Assembly (NCBI GenBank): GCA_020341815.1
Contig: CP070837.1
Location: 628,211 to 692,210 of the forward strand
Source: Candidatus Omnitrophota bacterium
GTDB taxonomy: Bacteria > Omnitrophota > Gorgyraeia > JAFGHF01
DNA length: 64,000 bases
Direction: 5' to 3'
This document shows, in pieces, positions 46,735 through 56,929 of this stretch. Position 1 is the first letter of the stretch. Each line of letters opens with the position of its first letter. Both the position numbers and the translations under genes were made by a program. The notes beneath the pieces are model-generated. The model did no database searches and was not told the DNA's origin. It saw nothing but the letters and a program-made list of their open reading frames with translations.

Positions 46735-49370
46735 TGCCTCTTTAACTCCTTCTTGATAATCTCCTGCGCCTTCGCTAAAGCTTTATTTAGGCCTGAAGGG
46801 TTCTTTCCTCCGGCCTGGGCAAAGTCGGCCCGTCCGCCGCCTGAGCCCCCGACCTCTTTAGCTATGAGGCGAATAAGCTTAGCCGCATCTAATTTCTGCA
46901 CCTGGCGGCCTAAGCTGCAAACTATAAATACCTTATCAGCCCCTACAATAGAACCCAGGACAACCGCCGCATGGGGCGCTTTCTGTTTTAATAAATCCGT
47001 CATCAGGCGCAGGAGTTTCGTATCGGCGCTTTTTATCTGGCGGACAATAATCTTTACGCCCGAGGCTTCTTCTGCCTGCGATATCATATCATCTATGTTT
47101 GACTTAAAACTATCCAGCCTTGATTTTTCTAATTTTTTATCCAGCAGTCTTATTCTACCCAAAAGTCTGTCAATACTTTCGGGCAACTTATCCTGTGTAA
47201 CAGAAAACTCCTCTGCCAGCCTCACGAGCTCTTCGTCTCTCTGCTGCAGGAACTCCGCTGCTGCAGCGGCAGTTATCGCCTCTATCCTTCTTACCCCTGA
47301 GGCAACGGAAGACTCATTCGTAATCTTAAACTTTTTAATCTCGCCGCACGAAGAAACATGCGTACCTCCGCACAGCTCCAGGGAAACATCGCCTATCTTA
47401 AGCACCCGCACTTTCTCCTGATATTTCTCACCGAAAAAGGCAAGCGCTCCCATTTTTTGTGCCTTCTCAAAAGGCATCTCCAATATCTGCGCCTTCTTGT
47501 TATCTCCAATCTCGGCATTGACCAGTTCCTCTACGCGCCTAATCTGTGCTTCAGTCAAGGCCTGAAAGTGAGTAAAATCAAATCTTAATCTATCCGCGCC
47601 GACCCAGGAACCGGCCTGTCTTACGTGTGAGCCTAAAACCTTCCTTAACGCCGCCTGCAAAAGATGGGTGGCGGTGTGATTACAGGCAATGTTTTTGCGC
47701 CTTTGGATATCAATTTCCGCTTCTACTTTATCGCCGGCTTTTACGGCTCCTTTAAGAACTCTGCCCAGGTGAAGAACTGTCTGGGCGCTTTTGAGGGTAT
47801 TTAAGACTTCGATTTCGACTTCTTTATTTTTAATCACTCCCCTATCGCCAATCTGCCCGCCGGCCTCTGCGTAAAAGGGCGTGCTTTCCAAAACTATCTT
47901 TATCTCATCGCCCGCTGCAGCTTTTTCTACGGGCTCCTCGTCTTTAAACAAGGCGGCAATATTTGTCTTGACGGAATAGACCTTTGCCCCCACAAACTTT
48001 GTGGGTTTTAGTTTATGCCTGGCGCTGAGCGTTCCTACAAAAACACTGCCGGCGAAGGCTGCCTGCTGACGGGAGCTCTTGCGCTGAAACTCAAGCTCTT
48101 TTTCAAAGCCCTCTCTGTCCAGCCCAAAATTTTTCGAAGCGACGATACGCTCCAGCATCTCAAAAGGCAGGCCGTAAGTATCATATAATTTAAAGGCTAT
48201 ATCTCCGGGAATCTCAAGCTTTCCCTCTGCCGAAAGCCGGGCAATTATATCCTCGGCAAAACTCATTGCCCGCTCAAGGGTCTTGTGAAAACGCTTCTCT
48301 TCAGCCAAAACAACGCGCGCAATATCTTCTTTTCTGTCTTCAAGCTCAGGATAAGCCGTTTTCATCTGACTGCATACACCGGGCACAATCTTGTTCAAAA
48401 AGATTTTTTTAATTCCCAGGGCCCGCCCGTGCCATACGGCCCGGCGAATTAGCTTGCGGATAACATAGCCCCGCTCATCATTGGAAGGCAAAACGCCATC
48501 GGCAATAGCAAAACTCACCGCCCGGATATGGTCGGCAATAGCATAACAGGCGCGCATATTTGAGGCGTCAGCTGCCAAAGCCGTAATCTGGGCGACAACG
48601 GGCTTAAAAATATCTATCTCAAAATTATTGGAGACATTCTGCAGGACCGAGGCCATCCTCTCCAGGCCCATGCCTGTATCGATATTTTTATTCGGCAGGG
48701 GCTCAAGGAGATTTTCACCCTTACGCTCAAATTGAGTAAAGACCAGGTTCCAGGTTTCTACAAAACGGCCGCAATCACACGCCGGACTGCACTCTGCCCT
48801 TCCGCAGCCGACTTGCCCTCCGCGGTCATAAAATATTTCAGAACAAGGCCCGCAAGGCCCGTTAGGGCCATCCGTAGGCGCATTTGCCGGCCAGAAGTTT
48901 TCCTTTGCGCCCAATTTAACAATCCTATTGGAGGCAACACCCATCTTTAGCCAGATTTTGTAGGCCTCCTCGTCCTCCGTATAAACCGAAATCCAGAGCT
49001 TTTCTTTAGGCAAAGCGAGCTTCCCGGTAACGAACTCCCAGGCAAAAGCTATGGCCTCTTCTTTGAAATAGTCACCAAAAGAAAAATTGCCCAGCATCTC
49101 AAAAAAGGTATGATGGGCATCTGTCTTTCCAACCTTGTCCAGGTCATCGGTACGCAGGCACTTCTGACAGGTTGCGCGGCGTCTGAACTCTGTGGGCTTG
49201 CCCAGGAACTCCTGCTTGAACTGGTTCATTCCGGCTGAGGTAAATAAAAGCGTAGGGTCCTCTTCCGGAACAAGGGTATCGCTGGGATATATTTTGTGGC
49301 CTTTGGATGCAAAAAAATCTAAAAACCTCTGCCTTAATTCATCCGTAGTCAATATTAACTCAACCCTCAA
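46731..49370 (-). CDS. alaS: alanine--tRNA ligase
   Basis: 879 aa, class II aaRS core plus C-terminal DHHA1. Confidence 0.95.
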   Translation of the reverse strand: MRVELILTTDELRQRFLDFFASKGHKIYPSDTLVPEEDPTLLFTSAGMNQFKQEFLGKPTEFRRRATCQKCLRTDDLDKVGKTDAHHTFFEMLGNFSFGDYFKEEAIAFAWEFVTGKLALPKEKLWISVYTEDEEAYKIWLKMGVASNRIVKLGAKENFWPANAPTDGPNGPCGPCSEIFYDRGGQVGCGRAECSPACDCGRFVETWNLVFTQFERKGENLLEPLPNKNIDTGMGLERMASVLQNVSNNFEIDIFKPVVAQITALAADASNMRACYAIADHIRAVSFAIADGVLPSNDERGYVIRKLIRRAVWHGRALGIKKIFLNKIVPGVCSQMKTAYPELEDRKEDIARVVLAEEKRFHKTLERAMSFAEDIIARLSAEGKLEIPGDIAFKLYDTYGLPFEMLERIVASKNFGLDREGFEKELEFQRKSSRQQAAFAGSVFVGTLSARHKLKPTKFVGAKVYSVKTNIAALFKDEEPVEKAAAGDEIKIVLESTPFYAEAGGQIGDRGVIKNKEVEIEVLNTLKSAQTVLHLGRVLKGAVKAGDKVEAEIDIQRRKNIACNHTATHLLQAALRKVLGSHVRQAGSWVGADRLRFDFTHFQALTEAQIRRVEELVNAEIGDNKKAQILEMPFEKAQKMGALAFFGEKYQEKVRVLKIGDVSLELCGGTHVSSCGEIKKFKITNESSVASGVRRIEAITAAAAAEFLQQRDEELVRLAEEFSVTQDKLPESIDRLLGRIRLLDKKLEKSRLDSFKSNIDDMISQAEEASGVKIIVRQIKSADTKLLRLMTDLLKQKAPHAAVVLGSIVGADKVFIVCSLGRQVQKLDAAKLIRLIAKEVGGSGGGRADFAQAGGKNPSGLNKALAKAQEIIKKELKRQ

Positions 49371-49891
49371 TTTTTTTCTAAGGCCTGCGAAATTGCCTCT
49401 TGAGAAAACCCCCGGCGGCGAAGATAATCGTATAACCTCTTTCTTGCTCTTCGCGCATCAAGCTCCTTATAGCGCGCATGTAGCAAGATCGCAAGTTTCC
49501 TGGCCGCATCAGACTCATCGTAGCGCTCGGAAAAAGCGCTAAGGGCCTTCTCGATTGTTTCCTCTTTCAGGCCTTTTTCTCTTAATTGATAGCGCAGGAG
49601 CAACCAGCCTACCGGAGCCGATTCTATTTTACTGCGAATCCAAACCCTGGCAAAATCATCATCGTTTAAATAATTAAGCTCGCTTAAATATTTAATAGTC
49701 TTTGCGATGATTGCCGCAGTAAAACCCTTTTTCTTCAGGCGCCGGCTAACTTCTTCCGTGCTCCTTTGGCGATAGCTTAGCAGTCTATAAGCGTAATCTC
49801 TTGCCTTAAGAAGGTCTTTAGTCTCCTGCACGCAACTGTTTTTATTCAGATTTAAGGACTGCGAATCCTCTTGCGGTATGCACAAGGGCAT
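49367..49891 (-). CDS. recX: recombination regulator RecX
   Basis: Conserved recA-recX-alaS order; repeat helical translation. Confidence 0.75.
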   Translation of the reverse strand: MPLCIPQEDSQSLNLNKNSCVQETKDLLKARDYAYRLLSYRQRSTEEVSRRLKKKGFTAAIIAKTIKYLSELNYLNDDDFARVWIRSKIESAPVGWLLLRYQLREKGLKEETIEKALSAFSERYDESDAARKLAILLHARYKELDARRARKRLYDYLRRRGFSQEAISQALEKN

Positions 49892-51332
49892 CGCCCCTTA
49901 CGCCTTTGATAATAGTTTCGTAATCTTTTATACCTTTGATGCGCTGCCTGTTTATTGAGATAATCACATCCCCGGGTAAAAGCCCCGCCTCACTGGCTAC
50001 GCTTTGCGGCTCAACGAGAGTAACCACTACGCCTTCCTGCTCCCGGATGCTATAGCGCATGGCTAGCTCAGGTGTTATCTCGCTTACTTCCATGCCCCGC
50101 CAGGTCTCTTTGGCCTTCTCGGCCAATTCTTCTAACTGTTCAGGGCGCTCCCCTACTTTTACCTTCAAAGTAAGCGTCCTTTTCTCACGCATTACCTCAA
50201 CAAGAACCGTCTTTCCCACCTGGGCCTTTCCAACTTCACGCAAAAGGCTGCGCACGTCGCTAACCTGTTTGCCGGCAAACTTCCTGATTATATCGCCTTC
50301 TTTAAAACCGGCGTCTTCTGCGGGGCTGTCTTTGAGTATCTTGACCACCAAAGCGCCCTGCTGCTCGGAAATACCGAAATAGGCGGCTAATTCCTCATCC
50401 AAGTCCTGAACGCTGATACCCAGCCAGCCGTAAAGAATCTTTTTTCCCGCGATAAGCCTGTCCAGTATATCCTTGGCGGCATTAACCGGAATGGCAAAGC
50501 CAATCCCCACATTTCCTCCGGTAGGGGTAAAGATGGCCACATTAATACCGATGGCCTCCCCCTTGAGATTGACAAGCGGGCCGCCGCTATTTCCCGGGTT
50601 GATCGCCGCATCGGTCTGAATCAACTCGGTGTAATTGCGCCGCTGGTAAGACTGAGGTAAAGAGCGGTTTAAGGCGCTGACTATACCTGCTGTAACAGTG
50701 GGTTCGGCACTGCCCACGGCAAACCCGTAAGGATTTCCCGCGGCAAGCACCCACTGGCCGATCTGCAATTCATCGGAATCACCTAATTTCAACACAGGTA
50801 GATTATGGGCCTTAATCTTAATCACGGCTAAGTCAGAACGCACGTCACTGCCTTTTAGCTCGGCATCAAACCTTCTTCCGTCAGGCAGCGTTACCGTAAT
50901 CTTGTCTGCGTCCTGAATTACGTGCTGGTTGGTCAGGATGTAACCCTCTTCGTCAATAATAAATCCCGAACCCAGGCCCTTCTGTTTATATTCCCGCTCG
51001 GGAATCTCACCGAAGAAATCCTTGAAGAACTGGTCAAAGAACTCATCAAACTCGCCACTGCCATTGCCGTAGAATCTAAACTGGCGGCTGGGGCCAACTT
51101 TCTCGGTGTGCTCGGTGCTGATACTTACCACCGCAGCCCCGGCCTCTTTGGCCACTCTGATAAAACTGCTCTCCAAGGGCTGCTCAACTCCAATTTCCGG
51201 TGCTGCAGTTTTGTATTCGGCTTTAGTGAATGGTAAAAGATCCAGGCGCACCGCCAGTAAAAGTCCGGCTGCTACGCCTGCGGCCAAAGCCAAAATCCAA
51301 ATCCTTAGCTTGTTTTCTCGTAAGTTACTCAT
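49842..51332 (-). CDS. HtrA/DegP-family periplasmic serine protease with two PDZ domains
   Basis: GNSGGPL catalytic Ser motif, TM anchor, PDZ repeats. Confidence 0.9.
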   Translation of the reverse strand: MSNLRENKLRIWILALAAGVAAGLLLAVRLDLLPFTKAEYKTAAPEIGVEQPLESSFIRVAKEAGAAVVSISTEHTEKVGPSRQFRFYGNGSGEFDEFFDQFFKDFFGEIPEREYKQKGLGSGFIIDEEGYILTNQHVIQDADKITVTLPDGRRFDAELKGSDVRSDLAVIKIKAHNLPVLKLGDSDELQIGQWVLAAGNPYGFAVGSAEPTVTAGIVSALNRSLPQSYQRRNYTELIQTDAAINPGNSGGPLVNLKGEAIGINVAIFTPTGGNVGIGFAIPVNAAKDILDRLIAGKKILYGWLGISVQDLDEELAAYFGISEQQGALVVKILKDSPAEDAGFKEGDIIRKFAGKQVSDVRSLLREVGKAQVGKTVLVEVMREKRTLTLKVKVGERPEQLEELAEKAKETWRGMEVSEITPELAMRYSIREQEGVVVTLVEPQSVASEAGLLPGDVIISINRQRIKGIKDYETIIKGVRGDALVHTARGFAVLKSE

Positions 51333-51344
51333 TTTTTTCTCCTT

Positions 51345-52370
51345 TTATATCGTCGCCGGAGTTTTTTCTTTAACCTTCTTCTCCAGCTCTTTTAATACCT
51401 TGGGGTTTTCTTCCAGGAAGCGCCGGGCGTTGTCTTTACCCTGTCCGAGCTTATCCTCTCCATACAAAAACCACGCCCCCGACTTCTGTAAGATATTCTG
51501 TTCGGCGGCCATATCCAGGATGCATCCCGAACGGGATATGCCCTGATCGTAAAGTATGTCAAACTCCGCCTTATGAAAAGGAGGAGCCACTTTATTTTTG
51601 ACTACCTTTGCCCGCACGTGGTTGCCGATGGTGGCATCGCCCTTTTTAATCTGGCTGAGGCGACGCAAATCAAGCCTGACCGAGGCATAAAACTTCAAGG
51701 CCCTTCCGCCGGGGGTAGTTTCGGGGTTACCGAACATCACCCCGATTTTCTCGCGAATCTGATTGATGAAAATCACGCAGGTCTTGGACTTGCTGATGGC
51801 TGCGGTAAGTTTACGCAAGGCCTGTGACATAAGCCGGGCCTGCAGACCCACATGAGACTGGCCCATTTCCCCTTCTATTTCCGCGCGGGGAACCAAAGCC
51901 GCCACCGAATCAATACCAATCACATCCACCGCATTGCTTCTGACTAAGGTCTCGGCAATCTCCAGGGCCTGCTCCCCTGTATCCGGCTGGGAAATCAGCA
52001 AATCATCCAGATTCAGCCCCAGTTTTTTGGCATAGGTATAGTCAAAGGCGTGTTCCGCGTCAATAAATGCCGCCACCCCGCCATTTCTCTGGGCCTCGCG
52101 CATTACCGTTAAGGTAAGGGTGGTCTTGCCGCTTGCCTCCGGGCCGAATATCTCTATTACCCTGCCGCGGGGAAGCCCGCCTATACCTAAGGCCATATCC
52201 AGGGAAAGCGCTCCTGTAGAGATAACCGGGATGTCAATTTTTACATCCTGGCCCAATTTCATAATCGAGCCTTTGCCGAATTGTTTTTCAATCTGGCTCA
52301 ACGCCAAGTCTAACGCCTTTAATCTTGCATCCTGCACTTGAGCCTGACCTTTTTTCTTATGCTCTGCCAT
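51345..52370 (-). CDS. recA: recombinase RecA
   Basis: GPEASGKTT Walker A. ATG at 52370 follows GGAGG at 6 nt; the track's TTG-extended form is spurious. Confidence 0.95.
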   Translation of the reverse strand: MAEHKKKGQAQVQDARLKALDLALSQIEKQFGKGSIMKLGQDVKIDIPVISTGALSLDMALGIGGLPRGRVIEIFGPEASGKTTLTLTVMREAQRNGGVAAFIDAEHAFDYTYAKKLGLNLDDLLISQPDTGEQALEIAETLVRSNAVDVIGIDSVAALVPRAEIEGEMGQSHVGLQARLMSQALRKLTAAISKSKTCVIFINQIREKIGVMFGNPETTPGGRALKFYASVRLDLRRLSQIKKGDATIGNHVRAKVVKNKVAPPFHKAEFDILYDQGISRSGCILDMAAEQNILQKSGAWFLYGEDKLGQGKDNARRFLEENPKVLKELEKKVKEKTPATI

Positions 52371-52497
52371 ATTTAGCCTCCTTATTATAAGCCAAATTAT
52401 ATTATTAGAGAACTCTTCTGTCGATTCCAGTTGCCACAAAATTATACAACTTTAAACCTGTTTTGTAAAGCAAAATTTCAGTACCTATAAAAAGGGC

Positions 52498-52526
52498 TTG
52501 TAATTTGGCGCTATTCGTCGTATAAT
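52498..52526 (+). promoter_or_regulatory. sigma70 promoter TTGTAA-17-TATAAT for cinA
   Basis: Read directly from sequence. Confidence 0.5.
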
Positions 52527-52548
52527 GGTATTTATGAGGACATTAAAA

Positions 52549-53790
52549 ATGCAGGCAGAAATCATCTCTATCGGCACAGAATTAATTCTGGGAAAAATCG
52601 TAAATACCAATGCCGGATATTTGAGCAGAGAGCTTTCGAATTTAGGCATAGACCTCTTTTACCAGACCGCCGTAGGCGACAACAAATTGAGGCTCCTGAC
52701 GGTTTTAAAAAGGGCTATGCACCGCTCCGATATCGTCATTCTTACCGGCGGCCTGGGGCCTACGGTAGATGACATTACCTTAGAAGTCATCGCCCAGGCC
52801 ACCCAGAAAAGACTTATCCTGAATGCCGCCGTGCTCAAAGACATCAAGGTCCACTTCCAAAAGCGCCATATCCCCATGCCCAAGAATAACATGCGCCAGG
52901 CCTTAGTCCCCGAAAACGCACGAGCCCTGAAAAATGAGGTGGGCACAGCCCCGGGATTAATAATCCCTTATGATGAGAAAAAGGTCTTGATTGCCCTTCC
53001 GGGCGTGCCCCAGGAACTCAAGCCCATGATGCAACGCGATGTAATTAAGTATCTTGCGAATAATTTTGCCGGCGAAGGGGTAATAATCTCACAAGCCATC
53101 AGAACCACCGGCCTTGCCGAATCCCAGGTAAACCAAAAAGTCAAAGATATCCTCAACCTTAAACCCCCGGTGACAGTGGGGATATACGCGCATACCGATA
53201 CCGTTGACCTAAACATTACCGCCAAGGCCAAAAACAGGCTCCAGGCAAAAAGATTAATCCAACAGATAGAGCGCAAGATTCGCCGTCGTCTCAAAGAGTA
53301 CATCTATGGAGAAAATACGCAAACCCTGGAAGAAGTGGTCATAGCCGCCTTGAAAAAAGCCAAAAAGACAATAGCCGTGGCCGAATCCTGCACCGGCGGC
53401 CTAATCTCCAAGCGCCTCACCAACGTCAGCGGAAGTTCAAAATGCTTTCCCCTGGGAATTGTAGCCTACAGCGATAAGTTCAAACAATCTCTGTTGGGCG
53501 TTCCTAAAGAGGTCCTTGCTAAATCCGGAACAGTAAGCAAAGAAACAGTGCGCCTCATGGCCTGTAATATAAAACAACTGGCGAAGACGGACTTAAGCCT
53601 GGGCGTAACGGGAATTGCCGGACCCAAAGGGGCAACCAAGAATAAGCCTTTAGGTCTGGTTTACATTGCCCTGGCCACACCCCGAAAAATCCAAATTAAA
53701 GAGTTCCACTTTCACGGCGACAGAGACGCCGTGCGCCAACGCGCCTCTCAGGCGGCACTGGATCTCATCAGGCGATACCTAACATCTTAA
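52549..53790 (+). CDS. cinA: competence/damage-inducible protein CinA
   Basis: MQAEIISIGTELILGKIVNTNAGYLS. The upstream ATGs overlap the -10 element. Confidence 0.85.
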   Translation: MQAEIISIGTELILGKIVNTNAGYLSRELSNLGIDLFYQTAVGDNKLRLLTVLKRAMHRSDIVILTGGLGPTVDDITLEVIAQATQKRLILNAAVLKDIKVHFQKRHIPMPKNNMRQALVPENARALKNEVGTAPGLIIPYDEKKVLIALPGVPQELKPMMQRDVIKYLANNFAGEGVIISQAIRTTGLAESQVNQKVKDILNLKPPVTVGIYAHTDTVDLNITAKAKNRLQAKRLIQQIERKIRRRLKEYIYGENTQTLEEVVIAALKKAKKTIAVAESCTGGLISKRLTNVSGSSKCFPLGIVAYSDKFKQSLLGVPKEVLAKSGTVSKETVRLMACNIKQLAKTDLSLGVTGIAGPKGATKNKPLGLVYIALATPRKIQIKEFHFHGDRDAVRQRASQAALDLIRRYLTS

Positions 53791-53793
53791 AAA

Positions 53794-54357
53794 ATGCAAA
53801 CGATTAGAAGCTTTATTGCCCTGGAACTCACCTCAAAAGTCCAGAAGCAATTAGGAAACATTCAAGAGGAGCTGAAGAAATCAGACGCAGATGTAAAATG
53901 GGTCAATCCCGAAGGGATACACCTGACTCTAAAGTTTCTGGGTAATGTCAGTCCCCAGCTTCTCGAAGAGATAAAAAAAGCCCTCACGCAACTGGCTAAA
54001 AGCCATAAATCTTTTGAACTTAAAATCAGTCAGATAGGGGCATTTCCCACGACAGAACATCCGCGGGTAATCTGGGTGGGTATAGAAGAGGGCCGCGAAG
54101 AGACCCTCAAACTTGCTCAAGACTTAGAAGAACGCCTGATAAAGTTTGGCTTTTTAAAAGAAAAACGCGCCTTTAAGGCGCATCTGACTTTAGGGCGGGT
54201 GCGCTCTGCGCGCAACCGCGCTCAATTAAAAAAATTACTTCAGTCTCTAAGCTTTCCCAAAACGGCCATGCAGGCCGAAACACTTATCTTATTCAAAAGC
54301 ACCCTCTCCCCCAAAGGGGCGACATATCAGGCTCTGCACCAGGTAAAATTATCTTAA
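53794..54357 (+). CDS. thpR: RNA 2',3'-cyclic phosphodiesterase (2H family, ThpR/LigT)
   Basis: Two HxTx motifs (HLTLKFLG, HLTLGRV). Confidence 0.85.
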   Translation: MQTIRSFIALELTSKVQKQLGNIQEELKKSDADVKWVNPEGIHLTLKFLGNVSPQLLEEIKKALTQLAKSHKSFELKISQIGAFPTTEHPRVIWVGIEEGREETLKLAQDLEERLIKFGFLKEKRAFKAHLTLGRVRSARNRAQLKKLLQSLSFPKTAMQAETLILFKSTLSPKGATYQALHQVKLS

Positions 54358-54783
54358 GGAACCCTTCCACTTCATCACACTGATTTTGGATTCATCAAGT
54401 TTGCAATGCTTTCGCTTGTAGTCTAAAATTTCAGGATAATTATCCTTAACCTGAACAAAACCGCAGCTGACTGCAAAATCTTTTACATGAGTAACTGCAT
54501 ATATGGGCTTGGCCTTATCTATTCTCTGGGCCTCCTCAAGAAGAAAGCTGAGCATCTTTTTGCCGATACGGTTTTTTCTGTAATAATAATCCACCCCTAA
54601 AGAGGCAATTTCAAAAAATTCTCCCCGGTCGATTATCCTGCCGAAGGAAACGGGCTTATCTTTAATTCTGCCCACGAAAAACTGCCGCCAGTGTATATCG
54701 GTGGAATCCAGAAGATACTTTTTAATTTTTTCCTGGATATAGGGGAAATCTTCCTTTCTGGCCTTTGAGATTTCTATATCCAC
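54349..54783 (-). CDS. GNAT family N-acetyltransferase
   Basis: Translation. Confidence 0.75.
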   Translation of the reverse strand: MDIEISKARKEDFPYIQEKIKKYLLDSTDIHWRQFFVGRIKDKPVSFGRIIDRGEFFEIASLGVDYYYRKNRIGKKMLSFLLEEAQRIDKAKPIYAVTHVKDFAVSCGFVQVKDNYPEILDYKRKHCKLDESKISVMKWKGSLR

Positions 54784-55235
54784 GGCAAAATCCTTATGGC
54801 TATCTGTAAAATAATATTTGTATAAAGCCCGGCAATCAAATCATCACCCATTATGCCGCAGGCGCCGTCAAGCTTCTCAATCTTATTGGCCGGATAAACC
54901 TTTATCCCGTCCAGAATACGAAAGATGAAAAAACCCGTAATAATTAAAATTGGCTCGGGGGCCAATCCCCAAAAAGCTAAAAGCAGCCCGGCGACTTCAT
55001 CTATCACTATTTTTTTGGAGTCTTTTTCCTGAAAGATTCTTTCCGCAGGGGCGCAAACCAAAAATCCTGCCGCAGTCACAAGAAGCAGGAAAAAGGTGTA
55101 AAAATAAAGATTGCCCCTGAATAGAAAATAAAGAAGTACTGCCGCGCCTGAGGCAACCGTGCCGGGCAGCCAAGGGGCATAACCCAGATAAAAAAAAGTG
55201 GCAATGAGTTTAATTAACTTTTTCACTGGCAGCAA
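54774..55235 (-). CDS. pgpA: phosphatidylglycerophosphatase A
   Basis: PGTVASGAAVLLYFL. Confidence 0.85.
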   Translation of the reverse strand: MLPVKKLIKLIATFFYLGYAPWLPGTVASGAAVLLYFLFRGNLYFYTFFLLLVTAAGFLVCAPAERIFQEKDSKKIVIDEVAGLLLAFWGLAPEPILIITGFFIFRILDGIKVYPANKIEKLDGACGIMGDDLIAGLYTNIILQIAIRILPWI

Positions 55236-55797
55236 AAAGACTGTCTTTATTCTTTATCAAATAAGAGACGCCGGAGATTAAAGTAAGGACTACGGTTACA
55301 AGCATCAGATAAAATGCACCGCGCCTAAACCAGAGCTCCCAGACAGGGCTCCAGAAGGCCTTACCGGACTCCCTGATAATTAAAAATACCAGAATAGAAA
55401 TAATAGCGACCATCTGGGAGACGGTTTTGTGTTTTCCGGCCAGGGAAGCCGAAAGCACTATCCCGCGCGTAGCGGCATTAATTCTTAAGCCGGTAATTAC
55501 CAGCTCCCGGAAGATGATAACTATCACCATCCAGGCGGGAATTATCTTCATCTCCACAAAAGCCAAAAAGGCAGCCAGGATAAGGATTTTATCGGCAATG
55601 GGATCCATCAGCCGGCCGAAATTATTCTCTAATTTTCTTTTGCGGGCGATATATCCGTCCAGAAAGTCGGTTACGGAAGCCAGGCAAAAGACAAATAAGG
55701 CCAGATATTTTGCCAGAAGGTTATGGCAAAACAGAAGAAACATAAATATAAAGGCAAGTCCTATCCGCGAAAGGGTTATCTTATTGGGAAGATTCAC
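55210..55797 (-). CDS. CDP-alcohol phosphatidyltransferase (second PgsA-like paralog)
   Basis: DFLDGYIARKRKLENNFGRLMDPIADKIL. Confidence 0.8.
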   Translation of the reverse strand: MNLPNKITLSRIGLAFIFMFLLFCHNLLAKYLALFVFCLASVTDFLDGYIARKRKLENNFGRLMDPIADKILILAAFLAFVEMKIIPAWMVIVIIFRELVITGLRINAATRGIVLSASLAGKHKTVSQMVAIISILVFLIIRESGKAFWSPVWELWFRRGAFYLMLVTVVLTLISGVSYLIKNKDSLFAASEKVN

Positions 55798-55814
55798 GTT
55801 TTAAATTTCCTTTC

Positions 55815-56456
55815 TTAAACTAAGGGGTCGTCTATCCCCGCCTCCTTGAAACCTTTGGCCCGAAAACGGCAGCTGTCACACCTGTTGCAGGGCTTAACCT
55901 TCCCCCGATAACAGGACCAGGTCATTTCAAAAGGCATCTTAAGCTCTGCGCCCAGACGAATAATCTGGGCCTTGGTCTTGTTAATTAAAGGGGTCCTGAT
56001 TTCGATATCCCGTTTTTTTATGCCGGTAGAAGCCACTTTCCTGAATGCGCGGTAGAAATCGCTGCGGCAGTCGGGATATCCGGAAAAGTCACGCGCGTTT
56101 GCTCCGATAAAGATGGCCCCTGCCTTTATGCTTTCGGCGCAAGAGAGGGCAAAACTTAAAAAAATTATATTTCTCCCCGGCACATATGTCGAAGGAATGC
56201 CCTTGCTGCTGCGTGCAGGAACCTCAAGGCTTTTATCAAGCAGGCTTGAGCCCTTCCAGGGAAAACCTATTTTAGAAACTAAAAGTTCTGCGCCGGCGGA
56301 TGCGGCTATCCTTCTTGCCGATTTGATTTCCTTAAGATGCCTCTGCCCATAATCGAAAAAAAGGCAGTATGGCAAGAAGCCTTCTTTTTTTGCCAGAAAA
56401 AGGCAGGTTGCCGAATCTATGCCTCCGGATAACAAAACCACGCACTTCTTCGGCAC
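55815..56456 (-). CDS. queC: 7-cyano-7-deazaguanine synthase
   Basis: VVLLSGGIDSATC PP-loop; C-terminal Zn Cys cluster. Confidence 0.9.
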   Translation of the reverse strand: MPKKCVVLLSGGIDSATCLFLAKKEGFLPYCLFFDYGQRHLKEIKSARRIAASAGAELLVSKIGFPWKGSSLLDKSLEVPARSSKGIPSTYVPGRNIIFLSFALSCAESIKAGAIFIGANARDFSGYPDCRSDFYRAFRKVASTGIKKRDIEIRTPLINKTKAQIIRLGAELKMPFEMTWSCYRGKVKPCNRCDSCRFRAKGFKEAGIDDPLV

Positions 56457-56459
56457 CTT

Positions 56460-56837
56460 TTAAGTCTCTCCTTCAGTAAAACTTGCCTGCGAACTCTCCG
56501 TCTCCCAGACCGAGACTTTCTTCAAAATAAGATTTTTGTCTTTGATTGCTTTTTTCAATTGATAAAAAATATATTCGGCAATCTTCTCGGAAGTGGGATT
56601 ATTCTTCTTGAAAAAACTAATCTTGTTCAAATAACTATGGTCGAATTCCCGTAATACCTTGGTCAACTTCTCCTTCAGCTCCTTAAAATCACAGACCATA
56701 GAAAGCTTATTTAAGCCTGAGGAAGCTACTTCCGCCTCCACCTTCCAGTTATGCCCGTGGAGGTTTTCGCATTTACCCTGATAGCCGCGCAGATTATGAG
56801 CGGCGCTAAAATGAGACCATACCTTTATCGCATACAT
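56460..56837 (-). CDS. queD: 6-carboxy-5,6,7,8-tetrahydropterin synthase
   Basis: SAAHNL...CENLHGHNW. Confidence 0.85.
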   Translation of the reverse strand: MYAIKVWSHFSAAHNLRGYQGKCENLHGHNWKVEAEVASSGLNKLSMVCDFKELKEKLTKVLREFDHSYLNKISFFKKNNPTSEKIAEYIFYQLKKAIKDKNLILKKVSVWETESSQASFTEGET

Positions 56838-56929
56838 TTAATGAACACTGGATTTATGGAACACTTTGAGTTCTATAAGTCCATCTCCTTTAGTTTTTCT
56901 TCATAAGATTGTGTGAATTATCCCGCAGC

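Noticed and set aside
46753-47421. 222-aa plus-strand ORF antisense to alaS, and similar antisense ORFs in trpD (41150-41713), recA (51573-51827), htrA (50059-50382), cinA (52659-53303)
   Set aside because: They are fully contained in well-supported conserved genes on the opposite strand. High-GC shadow ORFs.
52371-52524. Searched the recA upstream region for a LexA/SOS box (CTGT-N8-ACAG or GAAC-N4-GTTC)
   Set aside because: Only a loose TTTTG-N5-CAAAA palindrome was found. The phylum-specific LexA motif is unknown, so no call.
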